This document shows positions 23,273 to 32,000 of a stretch of DNA of 32,000 nucleotides, piece after piece. The position numbers were made by a program, and so were the translations under genes. Each line of letters starts with the position of its first letter. The stretch's first letter is position 1. Origin of the DNA: Alkalilimnicola ehrlichii MLHE-1 (GTDB taxonomy: Bacteria > Pseudomonadota > Gammaproteobacteria > Nitrococcales > Halorhodospiraceae); the NCBI RefSeq assembly GCF_000014785.1, contig NC_008340.1:2430001-2462000 (forward strand). The letters are read 5' to 3'. The notes below the pieces were generated by a model, which was not told the DNA's origin, did not search any database, and saw only the letters and a list, made by a program, of their open reading frames with translations.

Positions 23273-24197
23273 CTCCCAGGGCCCCTACCAGACTGATGAG
23301 CCCGGGCGCTGCCAGGACGACCAGCAGGGCGGGGAAGAGAAACAGCATCATCACCACGCTCATCTTGGCCGACATCTTGGTGACCTTCTCCTGGGTCCGG
23401 GTACGCTGCCGGTCGTTGATCAACTCCGCCAGCCGGGTCAGCGGCTCATCCACATTGCCGCCCTGCTCCACCACCTGCTTCAAGATCAACACCGTATCGT
23501 CCAGCTCCGGTACCTCCAGGTCCCGGGCCAGGCCATCGAGCACCTCCACCAGACCCTCACCACTCCGGGCCCGGTTCAGGGCCAGGTCGAGCTCCCGGCT
23601 CAGGTCCGGCATCAGCTCCCGGCCCTCCACCGCCACCATGCCCAGGGCATGCTGCACCGACTGGCCGGAATCCAGCAGCATGCGCAGGATCTGCACGGCC
23701 GTCGTCACCTGTTCACCGATGCGCATCTGGCGCGCCGAGGCGAGACCGGCCACCACCCGCTTGGGCAGGAACAGCGCGGCCAGGCCCAGCAACGCCAGCA
23801 GTCCGACATCCTCACCGGTCAAGGCCCCGCGGCTGATCCAGACAAAGCCCAGCCCGCCGGCCACCACCACCCAGGGCAGCGCCTGGACCAGCAGGGCCAC
23901 CGCCGCCCGGTCTCCGGCCCGCCGCAGACCCCACTGCCGAAGGCGGCGCGCCAAGACCGGGTCCTGCGCGAGGGCTGGGGCGGCCCCGCGTCCGGCCGCC
24001 AACCGGCGCCAGAGGGTGTGCGCGCCGGATCGCCCGTCCACCGGTTCATCCCAATCCCGCCCGCCGCCCCGGGCGGTGCCCATCAGCCGGCCCTCCACAC
24101 GGCCGTACTCCTGTGAGCGGCGCCACAGGGGCCAGACCACCAAGGCCAACCCGGCCGCGAACAACACCAGGGAGGCAACGAACAGCCAGACCATCAT
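23259..24197 (-). CDS. tadC: TadC (type II secretion system F-family inner-membrane platform protein)
   Basis: T2SSF-type topology with an N-terminal TM and a C-terminal TM pair (MSAKMSVVMMLFLFPALLVVLAAPGLI). A soluble helical domain lies between them (...LDSGQSVQHALGMVA...). It is the second of two paralogous genes after tadA. Confidence 0.82.
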   Translation of the reverse strand: MMVWLFVASLVLFAAGLALVVWPLWRRSQEYGRVEGRLMGTARGGGRDWDEPVDGRSGAHTLWRRLAAGRGAAPALAQDPVLARRLRQWGLRRAGDRAAVALLVQALPWVVVAGGLGFVWISRGALTGEDVGLLALLGLAALFLPKRVVAGLASARQMRIGEQVTTAVQILRMLLDSGQSVQHALGMVAVEGRELMPDLSRELDLALNRARSGEGLVEVLDGLARDLEVPELDDTVLILKQVVEQGGNVDEPLTRLAELINDRQRTRTQEKVTKMSAKMSVVMMLFLFPALLVVLAAPGLISLVGALGGVGD

Positions 24198-24213
24198 GCC
24201 GGCGCTCCCCCTG

Positions 24214-25098
24214 TCATAACGATTTCACCATGCGCCAGATCAAGAAGATGCCAAGCACTTGCCAGGCCATGGCCCCACCCAGCAGCCAGACGCCCACGGT
24301 GGATTCCAGCATGGTCGCGTAGTAGTCCGGGTTCATCATCACCGTGTAACCCCCGACCCCCACCGGCAGTATGGCCAGAACGCCAGCGCTGATACGGGTC
24401 TCGCCGGTCATTGCCTTCAGTTCCCGGCGGGCACGCTCCCGTTGGCGCAGCAGAGTGACCACCTGCTCCATCAACTGGATGGCGCTGCCGCCGTAGCGCA
24501 GGTTGATACGGACGCCGATGGCCACCAGCTGCAGGGCGTCCACCCGGTAGATATCGGCGGCCCCCTGCAGGGCATCGCTGAGGCTTGCACCCATATCCAC
24601 CTCCCGCTGGACCCGCTGCATGACCTCGGCCACCGGCGGGCGCATCTCCCGGGTGGCGGCCGCCACCGCCACCGACAGGGTGCGCCCGGCCTGCAGGCTG
24701 CGGATGATGTGCTCGACGAAGCCGGGCAACTGGGCCTCCATCGCCCGGAGCCGCCGCTGGCCGCGCCAGTAGACCACCAGGTAGGCCGCCGCCAGGGCAA
24801 TCAGGAGGCTGACGACCCCGCCCCGGGCCCCGGCGATATACACCCCCGCCAGACCGACCAACAGCAGCACCGCCAGGGCAACGTAAAGGCCGCTGATCCG
24901 GCCGGAGAACCCGGCCCGCATCAGGAAACGGGTCAATACCCCCCGTCGCGGTAGGCTCCGGGGGGCCGCCACGAACTCATCGATCCGCTCATCGACGGTC
25001 TCCAGGTCCCGCCTCCGGCTGGCGAGGTACAGCAGCACACTCCCGGTCGCCGCCAGACCGAGGGCCAGCACCAGCAGGATGTAACGCTCCGCTACCAT
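24214..25098 (-). CDS. tadB: TadB (type II secretion system F-family inner-membrane platform protein)
   Basis: T2SSF-type pattern (...LPGFVEHIIRSLQAGRTLSVAVAAA...RELKAMTGETRISAGVLAILPV...). It lies directly downstream of tadA. Confidence 0.82.
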   Translation of the reverse strand: MVAERYILLVLALGLAATGSVLLYLASRRRDLETVDERIDEFVAAPRSLPRRGVLTRFLMRAGFSGRISGLYVALAVLLLVGLAGVYIAGARGGVVSLLIALAAAYLVVYWRGQRRLRAMEAQLPGFVEHIIRSLQAGRTLSVAVAAATREMRPPVAEVMQRVQREVDMGASLSDALQGAADIYRVDALQLVAIGVRINLRYGGSAIQLMEQVVTLLRQRERARRELKAMTGETRISAGVLAILPVGVGGYTVMMNPDYYATMLESTVGVWLLGGAMAWQVLGIFLIWRMVKSL

Positions 25099-25107
25099 GA
25101 CCGGGCC

Positions 25108-26424
25108 TCACTCATGCCGGGTGCGTGGGGCTGCCCACCGGGTCCCCACCCGGGGGCCTTCCCGCCGGGCGGGGGCGTTGAGGGCCTGAAGCTTCGGGTT
25201 GGAGACCGGGTCGTCCCTGCGCACAAACTGTCCGCTCTCCGCGTCCCGTTCATACAGGACCGTGGTGACGAAGTTACCGTCCCGCACCGTCACCAGCTCC
25301 CGCACCTCGCTGATACAGCGGGTTCCGTCCCTGAGCCGGACCAACTGGACGATCAGGTCTACGGCGGCGCCGATCATGCGGCGCACCGTGACCTCAGACA
25401 TCTGCCGCCCCGCCATGCCGAACAGCATCTCCATACGCAGCAGCGCATCGGTGGCGTTGTTGGCGTGCACCGTGGACATGGAGCCGTCGTGGCCGGTGTT
25501 CATTGCCTGCATCACCTCGACCACCTCATCGCCGCGCACCTCACCGAGGATGATGCGGTCCGGGCGCATGCGCAGGGCGTTCTTGACCAGGTCCCGGGCG
25601 GTGATCTCCCCATAGCCCTCGACGTTGGGCGGCCGGGTCTCCAGCCGAACCACGTGGCTATGGTGAAGCTGCAACTCGGCGGTGTCCTCAATGGTGACAA
25701 TGCGCTCCGTCGCACCCACATAGCCGCTCATGACATTGAGCAGCGTGGTCTTCCCGGTGCTCGTCCCGCCGCTGATGAGGATGTTGGCGCGCTGCTCCAC
25801 CGCGTTGCGCAGGAAGGCCAACAGGCCCTCGTCCAGCGTCTTGTAGGCGATCAGGTCATTGCCCCGCAGGGGGTCCGCGGCGAACTTGCGGATGGAGACG
25901 CAGGGGCCGTCCAGCGCCACCGGTGGGATCACCGCGTTGACCCGGCTGCCGTCTGGGAGACGGCCGTCGACCATCGGGCTGGCCTCGTCCAACCGCCGGC
26001 CCAGGGGGGCGAGGATCCGGTCGATGACCCGCTTGACGTGGTCGTCGTCGATGAATCGGTGGTCGGTCTCGAACAGCTTGCCGTCGCGCTCCACGATGAT
26101 GTGCTCGGGACCGTTCACCAACACCTCGGAGATCGAGGGGTCGGCCAGCAGGGTCTGCAGCGGCCCGAGGCCGCAGAGCTCATCGGCGATGTCCTCCGCG
26201 AGCCGGTCCAGGTCCTGGCGGCTGACGGCCAGCCGGTGGCTGGCCACGTACCCGCCCACCTTCTCGCGGACGTATTCCAGGATGGCGGGCCGCACCCAGG
26301 TGGCTAGGTCGACCCCGTCCTCCTCAATGGCGTCGATGAGATACCGGTGCAGCCGCAGTTTGAGGTTCTGCTCATCGGCTTTCTGCCGCAGCGCGATGCG
26401 CTTGCCGTACATCCCCACTTTCAT
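25108..26424 (-). CDS. tadA: TadA/CpaF secretion ATPase
   Basis: Walker A ISGGTSTGKTTLLN, Asp/His boxes (IVTIEDTAELQL, LRMRPDRIILGEVRG, NTGHDGSMSTVHAN). ATG 26424 shares one base with the tadZ stop (TGATG); the track start is GTG 26427. Confidence 0.92.
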   Translation of the reverse strand: MKVGMYGKRIALRQKADEQNLKLRLHRYLIDAIEEDGVDLATWVRPAILEYVREKVGGYVASHRLAVSRQDLDRLAEDIADELCGLGPLQTLLADPSISEVLVNGPEHIIVERDGKLFETDHRFIDDDHVKRVIDRILAPLGRRLDEASPMVDGRLPDGSRVNAVIPPVALDGPCVSIRKFAADPLRGNDLIAYKTLDEGLLAFLRNAVEQRANILISGGTSTGKTTLLNVMSGYVGATERIVTIEDTAELQLHHSHVVRLETRPPNVEGYGEITARDLVKNALRMRPDRIILGEVRGDEVVEVMQAMNTGHDGSMSTVHANNATDALLRMEMLFGMAGRQMSEVTVRRMIGAAVDLIVQLVRLRDGTRCISEVRELVTVRDGNFVTTVLYERDAESGQFVRRDDPVSNPKLQALNAPARREGPRVGTRWAAPRTRHE

Positions 26425-27644
26425 CACCGGCCTCCCAGCAGCCGCTTCAGCCGCGCCAGCCCGCCCTTGCGGGCCCTCACCTCATCGCCCTGCAGCAACT
26501 GCCGGGCCAGGCTCTGCACCTCCCGCGCATAGGGGTCGGAGGGGGCCAGCTCCAGCAGGGTCTTGCCCAGGTTGATGGCCCGCAGCCGCTGACCGTCCCC
26601 GGTGCGCAGGACCGCCGCCAGCGGTGCGCCCATACGGTCGGCCACCATTTCGGCCTTGGGGGCCTGCCGGTGCTGGTAACGGTCCACCACGATATGCCGA
26701 GACTCGATGCGCACCCCGCTGTCCTCCACCTGGCGGATCCGGCGCAGGTTCTGCTGGCAACTGGGGATGCTCTGGTCCACCACCTGCAACACCTCGTCCG
26801 CACCACTCAGCATGACATTCAGGAACCCGCCGGCGGGCAACCCACCCAGGTTCACCACCAGGTGGCTGTAGTAGCGCTTCAGCGAGCCCAGGAGCAGATA
26901 GAGCTCGGCGGTGCTCACCTCCTCTTCCTCGTCCTCGAAGGAGTCCGGCATGGAGAGCACCTGCAGCCCCGTGGCGTGGGTGGGCAGGGCGTTCACCAGC
27001 AGGGTCCGGTCCAGCCGCTTCAGATTGCGGACCGCATCGAAAAAGGAGAAGGAGGACTTGAGGTTGAGCAGGGCGAGGGAGTCGGCCGGCGGGATCGCCA
27101 GGTCCAGCAACAGGACCTGGGCATCCCGGCTGTCCCGCTGGATGGCCTGGGCCAAATGGGTGCAGAAAAAGGCGTTGGCCATGCTGGGCCGGGCGTTCAT
27201 GACCGCCCAGACCCGCCCCTTGTCGGCGGCATCGCTGGGCTGCACCGGGGCCTTGTCCAGGGCCCGGCGGATCAGGGCCCGCACCTCGCTGGCCCGGGTG
27301 CCCACGGTGAGAAAGTCCCGCGCCCCCGCCCGCATGGCCGCCAGCAGTTCGTCCTGGTGCACCCCCTCCCCCACCGCAATCACGGTGATCAAGGACTTGA
27401 CGTCGAGGATACCCTCCACCAGGGCTGCGGACTGTGCCAGGTTGTGGCGGTCCATCCAGACGAAGAGCAGCGGTGTGTCGGTCAGGTCCAACACCCCGCG
27501 GATCTCCTCCAGGTTACCGGTCTCCGCCGGCACCACCGTGCCCATCTCCCCCAGGCTGAGCTTCAGCCATTCCAGCGCCCGCCCCTCCGGCAGGGCGGCC
27601 ACGAACCGATGGGCGCCCTGGGTCGCCGCCACCTCATTCGCCAT
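26424..27644 (-). CDS. tadZ: TadZ/CpaE-like protein (atypical receiver domain plus MinD/ParA-fold domain with degenerate P-loop)
   Basis: The position and the alignment pattern to CpaE (...VLLLDLAIPPADSLALLNL..., ...YSHLVVNLGG..., ...IVVDRYQ...) support the call. KGGxGK[ST] is replaced by NARPSMANAF. I prefer ATG 27644 to the track's TTG 27680. Confidence 0.75.
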   Translation of the reverse strand: MANEVAATQGAHRFVAALPEGRALEWLKLSLGEMGTVVPAETGNLEEIRGVLDLTDTPLLFVWMDRHNLAQSAALVEGILDVKSLITVIAVGEGVHQDELLAAMRAGARDFLTVGTRASEVRALIRRALDKAPVQPSDAADKGRVWAVMNARPSMANAFFCTHLAQAIQRDSRDAQVLLLDLAIPPADSLALLNLKSSFSFFDAVRNLKRLDRTLLVNALPTHATGLQVLSMPDSFEDEEEEVSTAELYLLLGSLKRYYSHLVVNLGGLPAGGFLNVMLSGADEVLQVVDQSIPSCQQNLRRIRQVEDSGVRIESRHIVVDRYQHRQAPKAEMVADRMGAPLAAVLRTGDGQRLRAINLGKTLLELAPSDPYAREVQSLARQLLQGDEVRARKGGLARLKRLLGGR

Positions 27645-28920
27645 GGCCACGCCCCCCGCCGCCGGAGCGGCCTGATTCAAAGCTGCCGTCCTCCAGGAAG
27701 AACTGCTCGGTCCAACTGGGGCGGTAGTCCCGCAGGTCCTCGCCGGGCAGGGGCGGCTGCTCGGCGTCCCGCGCCAGCGGCTGCACCAGGTGCGGGGTGA
27801 CGATCATCAGCAGTTCGCGGTCCTCCTCGCTCACCCGCGAAGAGCGGAAGAAGGCACCGAGCACGGGGATGTTGCCCAGCCCCGGGAACTTGTCCACCTG
27901 GGAGGCCATGTGATTACTCACCAAGCCGGAGATGACAAAGCTCTCCCCATCCCCCAGGGTCACCGTGGTATCGGTGCGGCGCACCCGCAGGCCGGGCACC
28001 CGCGTGCCGGCAATCTCGATTCCGGAGGTATCGTCCAGTTCGCTGACCTCCGGCGCCACCTTCAGGGTCAGGCGGTCGCCGTCGATGACGGTGGGCGTGA
28101 ACGAGACCCGGACACCGAACTCCTTGAAGCGGATGTTGATGGTGTCCGAGCCAGAGCTGGGTACCGGCACCGGGAACTCGCCACCGGCATGGAAGGTCGC
28201 GCTCTGACCGCTCAGGGCCACCAGGCTGGGCTCCGCCAGGGTGTAGGCGAAGTCGTTGGCCTCCAGGGCGTTGATCATCGAGAGGAAGCGACTGCCGCCA
28301 CCGCCGTAGAAGATGTTGAACCCCGAGTCGGAGGCGGGCAGCCCCACGTTGGCGTCGCCCACGCCGCCGGGGGCAACCGAGCCGCTCACCGACCCCGGGC
28401 CGCCGAACAGGAAGTTGGCGCTGCCGCGCCGGCCTAGGATGGAGCCCCCCATCTCGCGCAACTTGGAGCGGCTGACCTCCACCAGGCGGATATCGGCCTG
28501 GACCTGCATGGGCAGGTCCGCCACCTGGTCGCGGCTGCCCTCCGCCTCGTGCACCTGGAGCGCCTCCCGGGCACTGACGATCACCAGCGTCCGATCAGGC
28601 CGGTCGTTGCAGGTGGTCCAGACATAGACCGAGGTCAACCCGCCATCGACACCGGTCAACAGCAGTTCGCGGTCGCCGATAATCTCCAGGTCCGCCACGT
28701 CCGGGTCACCCACCGCCACTCGGGTCACCCGGGTGGGGAAGGTCAACCGCTTGTGGACCCCGGCGTCCAGGTGCTTGACGTGGGGCAACACGCTGTTGAC
28801 CCGGTCGCAGCCGGCCTGGGCCACGTTGCCGGATATCCCCCCCAGCATCAGCCCTAGGACCAGGACACCGAGCAGGCCCTGCCGGGCAGGGCCGGGAATC
28901 ATTGCGGTCAGCTTGAACAT
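27634..28920 (-). CDS. rcpA: RcpA/CpaC secretin
   Basis: Signal peptide MFKLTAMIPGPARQGLLGVLVLGLMLGGISGNVAQA follows ATG 28920. A BON-like N-terminal domain is present. The C-terminal secretin domain reads ...TVTLGDGESFVISGLV...VDKFPGLGNIPVLGAFFRS...ELLMIVTPHLV. Confidence 0.9.
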   Translation of the reverse strand: MFKLTAMIPGPARQGLLGVLVLGLMLGGISGNVAQAGCDRVNSVLPHVKHLDAGVHKRLTFPTRVTRVAVGDPDVADLEIIGDRELLLTGVDGGLTSVYVWTTCNDRPDRTLVIVSAREALQVHEAEGSRDQVADLPMQVQADIRLVEVSRSKLREMGGSILGRRGSANFLFGGPGSVSGSVAPGGVGDANVGLPASDSGFNIFYGGGGSRFLSMINALEANDFAYTLAEPSLVALSGQSATFHAGGEFPVPVPSSGSDTINIRFKEFGVRVSFTPTVIDGDRLTLKVAPEVSELDDTSGIEIAGTRVPGLRVRRTDTTVTLGDGESFVISGLVSNHMASQVDKFPGLGNIPVLGAFFRSSRVSEEDRELLMIVTPHLVQPLARDAEQPPLPGEDLRDYRPSWTEQFFLEDGSFESGRSGGGGRGHGE

Positions 28921-28945
28921 GCGCACCGTTTCGCCCCCAATTGGT

Positions 28946-29896
28946 TTAATTTTGGCCCGGGCGGACCGTCTCCCGCTGCGTGCCGCGGTGCAGGTAAACC
29001 GGCGGCGGCTCCGGCGCGGGCTCATCCGCCACCGCCTCCACGGGCAGCAGGTCGGTCAGCGCGACGCGGCCCCAGGCCCGCGGGTCGTCGGGACTGTGCA
29101 GGGTGCGGAGGCGGGCGAAGCGCTCCGCCGGCTCCGTCCCCCATTCCGCCTCGAAGGCCTCCGGATCGAAATCGGGACGCCGCTCGATGGCCGGCCGGGC
29201 GGCGAGACGGAGGGTCCCGGCGCTGTCCGCCAGCAGCAGGGTGGCGACGTCCTCCTCCGGCAGGGCGAGGACCGCCGTGCGCGCGCCCCGTTGGCGCTGA
29301 GTGCCCTCCTCGTCGCGCCGGTCGACCACGCCGTCCGGGGGAATCGCCAGGTCCTCGCCGTAGGCCAGCACGCGGATATTGGGGTGCAGCAGGCGGCCGA
29401 TCTCGCCCACGCCGCGCTGACTCAGGTAGAGCATGACATCGACGCGATCGCCCGGCGACAGGTAGCCGCCGACCCCGATCACGTCGTCGACACTGATGGC
29501 CACCGCCCGCTCGCCGGGCAGCAGCCCGCGGCTGACCTGGCTGGCCACGGAGAAGCGCGGCGCGGTGAGCAGCTCGCCCTCCTGGATCGGGGCCTCAACC
29601 CGCAGCCCGATCACCTCTTCGGGGTCGGAAAAGGCCAGCGGCGGGACCCGCCGCAGGGTCTCGGTATGGATATCCGCTTCGCCGACCAACTGCCCCGGCT
29701 CCAGCTCCGTGACTGCGAACACCACCGGATGCCCATCCTCATCCGGCCGAGGCTCATCGGGCTCGGGGACGTCGGTGACCTCGTCAATGCGGATTTCGGA
29801 CTCGTCATCGGTGACCAGGCTGATGCCCCACCAGCCCACCACCAGTGCCGCCCCGATAAAAACAATCGCCAGTACGATCAGAACCCGGCTGTTCAT
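28946..29896 (-). CDS. rcpC: RcpC/CpaB Flp pilus assembly protein
   Basis: There is an N-terminal TM (VLIVLAIVFIGAALVVGWWGI) and a SAF-like domain (...VVFAVTELEPGQLV...). It is the first gene of the minus-strand tad operon. Confidence 0.82.
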   Translation of the reverse strand: MNSRVLIVLAIVFIGAALVVGWWGISLVTDDESEIRIDEVTDVPEPDEPRPDEDGHPVVFAVTELEPGQLVGEADIHTETLRRVPPLAFSDPEEVIGLRVEAPIQEGELLTAPRFSVASQVSRGLLPGERAVAISVDDVIGVGGYLSPGDRVDVMLYLSQRGVGEIGRLLHPNIRVLAYGEDLAIPPDGVVDRRDEEGTQRQRGARTAVLALPEEDVATLLLADSAGTLRLAARPAIERRPDFDPEAFEAEWGTEPAERFARLRTLHSPDDPRAWGRVALTDLLPVEAVADEPAPEPPPVYLHRGTQRETVRPGQN

Positions 29897-30170
29897 AGCG
29901 CCTAACTATCCCCCCAAGGCAGAAACGGATGACCGCCCGACCACCGGAGGCGGCAAGACCAAACGAATAGTAATCATGACGGCCGCAGGGTTTATTGGCA
30001 ATACAAGAAGGGACTAGTTCTATTCTACGCATTGACTCGGTCGACACAAAACCGATGCGGGCACTGCCCAATTTCACCCCACGAGCACATAATAATAGTA
30101 ATTGTGGAAAAACCCGCGGCTTGCTAAGCTTTCTATATAGTCTCACCCATCCCTGCCGGAGAACGTACCG
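29897..30170. promoter_or_regulatory. Divergent control region between the rcpC operon and flp-tadV
   Basis: A 274-nt non-coding gap separates the divergent operons. G+C is visibly lower (hand counts about 47-48% for lines 30001-30120), and there is an A/T block, CATAATAATAGTAATTG. No specific promoter motif was assigned confidently. Confidence 0.5.
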
Positions 30171-30356
30171 ATGAAGAAGTTCCTGCTAAAGCTGTGGAAA
30201 GACGAAGAGGGCGCCTCCGCCATCGAGTATGCCCTGATTGCGGCGATGGTGGCGGTTGCCCTTGTGGCGTTCGTCGGGCCGGTCCGCGACGCGATCACCG
30301 GCATTTTTAACGACATCCTCAATGCCTTGACCGGTGCCAACGGCAATGGCGATTAA
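30171..30356 (+). CDS. flp: Flp-family type IVb pilin
   Basis: The 61-aa prepilin carries the Flp motif: leader MKKFLLKLWKDEEG / ASAIEYALIAAMVAVALV, i.e. G/xxxxEY followed by a hydrophobic helix. GGAGA lies 9 nt upstream of the ATG. Confidence 0.92.
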   Translation: MKKFLLKLWKDEEGASAIEYALIAAMVAVALVAFVGPVRDAITGIFNDILNALTGANGNGD

Positions 30357-30856
30357 TGATCTCCACCACCGCCATTGCGGTCTGGTGCAGCCTGACCGGG
30401 TACTGGGATGCCCGCCATCGCCGCATCCCCAACCTGCTGACCCTCCCGGCCGCCCTGGCCGGGCTGGCCTACGCGGTGGTCACCCAGACCGCCGCGCTGG
30501 GTGAGCTGCCCTGGGGCGCAGTGGCGGCAGGCGCCGCCATCGCCCTGGTGCTGACCCTGCCGGGCTTTGCCCTGGGCAAGCTGGGCGGCGGGGACGTCAA
30601 GCTGCTGCTGGCGATTGGCCTGCTGGGGGGGCACCCGGCGGTACTGAGCAGTTTCGTGGTCGCGGCCTTTACGGTCACGGGCCTCTTCCTGGCGCTGATC
30701 CTGGCCACCCGGCTGGCACCGTGGCCGGGCCTGCCCGGGCCCTTACGCTGTTCGCTTCAGCGCCTCCCCGGGCCGCGCGAGGCCCGGCTGCCCTTTGGCG
30801 TCGGCCTGTGTGCCGGCCTGCTTGGCTATATCGTCTGGCTGACCTGGTTGCAATAA
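30356..30856 (+). CDS. tadV: TadV/CpaA prepilin peptidase (A24 aspartic peptidase, no methyltransferase domain)
   Basis: Two catalytic Asp motifs are present (WDARHRRIPN and LGGGDVKLLLAIGL) in a multi-TM protein. The start overlaps the flp stop (TAATG). Confidence 0.88.
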   Translation: MISTTAIAVWCSLTGYWDARHRRIPNLLTLPAALAGLAYAVVTQTAALGELPWGAVAAGAAIALVLTLPGFALGKLGGGDVKLLLAIGLLGGHPAVLSSFVVAAFTVTGLFLALILATRLAPWPGLPGPLRCSLQRLPGPREARLPFGVGLCAGLLGYIVWLTWLQ

Positions 30857-31025
30857 CCGGCGACGCGGCGATTAACCGCAGCCAAATGAAATAGACCATC
30901 GGTGCGTCAAATCACCACAGCGAAGCCGTCCATGCCCGCCCGCACTACCAAAACGGATGCCTGCGACAATTAGCCACGCAGATTGTGCGCCCGTCGCCCC
31001 TGAGCCAGCGTTTCTCCCGCCCGAT

Positions 31026-32000
31026 TCACCGCTCCCGCAAGGCCTCCCGCGCCCGGTTAAAGGGCTTTATAATATACTGCAAGACCGTGCGCTGGCCGGT
31101 CTCGATATCCACCTCCGCCACCATGCCGGGGGAGATGGGGAAACGCTGACCGTTCTCCACCACCAGCTCATCGCTGTCGGTGTGAATGAAGACCTTGTAA
31201 TAGACCTCCTCGGGGTTGATCTCGTCGCGCTCGGTATCGGGTGAGATGTTCACCACCTCGCCCTCCAAGCCGCCGTAGATAGCGTAATCGTAGGCCGTGA
31301 TCTTCACCTGGGCGCGCTGACCGGGGTGGATGTAGGCGATGTCCCGGGGCGAGATGCGGGCCTCGATCCGCAACTCCCCGTCCTGGGGCACGATCTCCAT
31401 CAACTCGCCGTTGGGAGCCAGCACGCCGCCGATGGTGGTGACCGCCAGGTTCTGCACCCGGCCGCGCACCGGCGAGCGCAGGGTCTGGCGCTGACGGGTG
31501 TCCTCGTGACCGCGCAGGCTGGAGCGCAACGCCTCCACCTCGGTGCGGGTCTCTGCCAGGTCCTGGCGCGCGCGCACCCGGAACTCGTTACGCAATTGAT
31601 TCAACTCCCGGCGCAAATCCGCCTCGGAGCGGCGCAGCTGCAGCAACTCCACCTCGCTCGCCGCACCCGCACGGACCAGCTCCTCGGTGATCGAGCGTTC
31701 GTTACCGACCAGCTGCAGCGATGTCCGGATGTCCTGCTCAGTGCGCTCCAGATGCGCACGGCGCGCCTCGAACAGGGTTCGCTCGGCGGCCACCACCTCC
31801 GAGGCGAGGTCCAGCTCTTCGGGAAACCGGATCTCGCCCTCACCGGCCAGTTCCGCCTCCAGCCGCGCCTTTCGCGCCAGCGCCCCCTGGTAGCGGGCGA
31901 TCACCTCGTCCATGTCGGCCTGGGTGCGGGTCGGGTCCAGGCGCGCCAGCGGTTGCCCCGGCTCCACCATCTCCCCCTCGGCCACCAGCAGCTCCTGGAG
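31026..32000 (-). CDS. HlyD-family type I secretion membrane-fusion protein (N-terminus outside window)
   Basis: The frame is open to the window edge. It has a lipoyl motif (GEMVEPGQPLARLD), a long coiled coil, SPVRGRVQNL, and the characteristic tail GQRTVLQYIIKPFNRAREALRER. Confidence 0.85.
   Translation of the reverse strand, partial: LQELLVAEGEMVEPGQPLARLDPTRTQADMDEVIARYQGALARKARLEAELAGEGEIRFPEELDLASEVVAAERTLFEARRAHLERTEQDIRTSLQLVGNERSITEELVRAGAASEVELLQLRRSEADLRRELNQLRNEFRVRARQDLAETRTEVEALRSSLRGHEDTRQRQTLRSPVRGRVQNLAVTTIGGVLAPNGELMEIVPQDGELRIEARISPRDIAYIHPGQRAQVKITAYDYAIYGGLEGEVVNISPDTERDEINPEEVYYKVFIHTDSDELVVENGQRFPISPGMVAEVDIETGQRTVLQYIIKPFNRAREALRER

Overview
This is a high-GC proteobacterial chromosomal segment whose gene content looks gammaproteobacterial. 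All calls come from reading motifs by eye; no BLAST or HMM search was possible. From left to right the window holds: the 3' end of a Crp/Fnr regulator; a ubiU-ubiV-ubiT operon for O2-independent ubiquinone synthesis; a mosaic cluster of palindromic intergenic repeats; a Zn-alcohol dehydrogenase with a small membrane protein; a polar amino-acid ABC importer; an SRAP/YedK peptidase; and a membrane protein with an SDR. The most interesting locus spans 9356-15866. It starts with a 58-codon gene that is missing from the ORF track and encodes a peptide with a textbook double-glycine leader and a glycine-zipper, anionic, hydrophobic core. That gene is divergent from a translationally coupled operon encoding a TolC-like protein, a membrane-fusion protein, a MacB-type ATPase, a MacB/FtsX permease and a 5-TM Yip1-like protein. 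A second repeat cluster and a free-standing C39 bacteriocin-processing peptidase with no ABC fusion follow. A double-glycine peptide paired with an unfused C39 protease and a type VII (MacB-like) tripartite pump, instead of a PCAT, is not an arrangement I know to be described, and it is my top candidate for a novel system. The right half is a complete Tad/Flp pilus locus (flp-tadV divergent from rcpC-rcpA-tadZABCD-DUF3613-tadG-tadE). A CheY-like protein, a soluble GAF/PAS histidine kinase and a LuxR-type regulator (PprAB-like) extend that locus. The window ends inside a HlyD-type T1SS adaptor gene. No rRNA, tRNA, CRISPR array, transposase or integrase was recognised.
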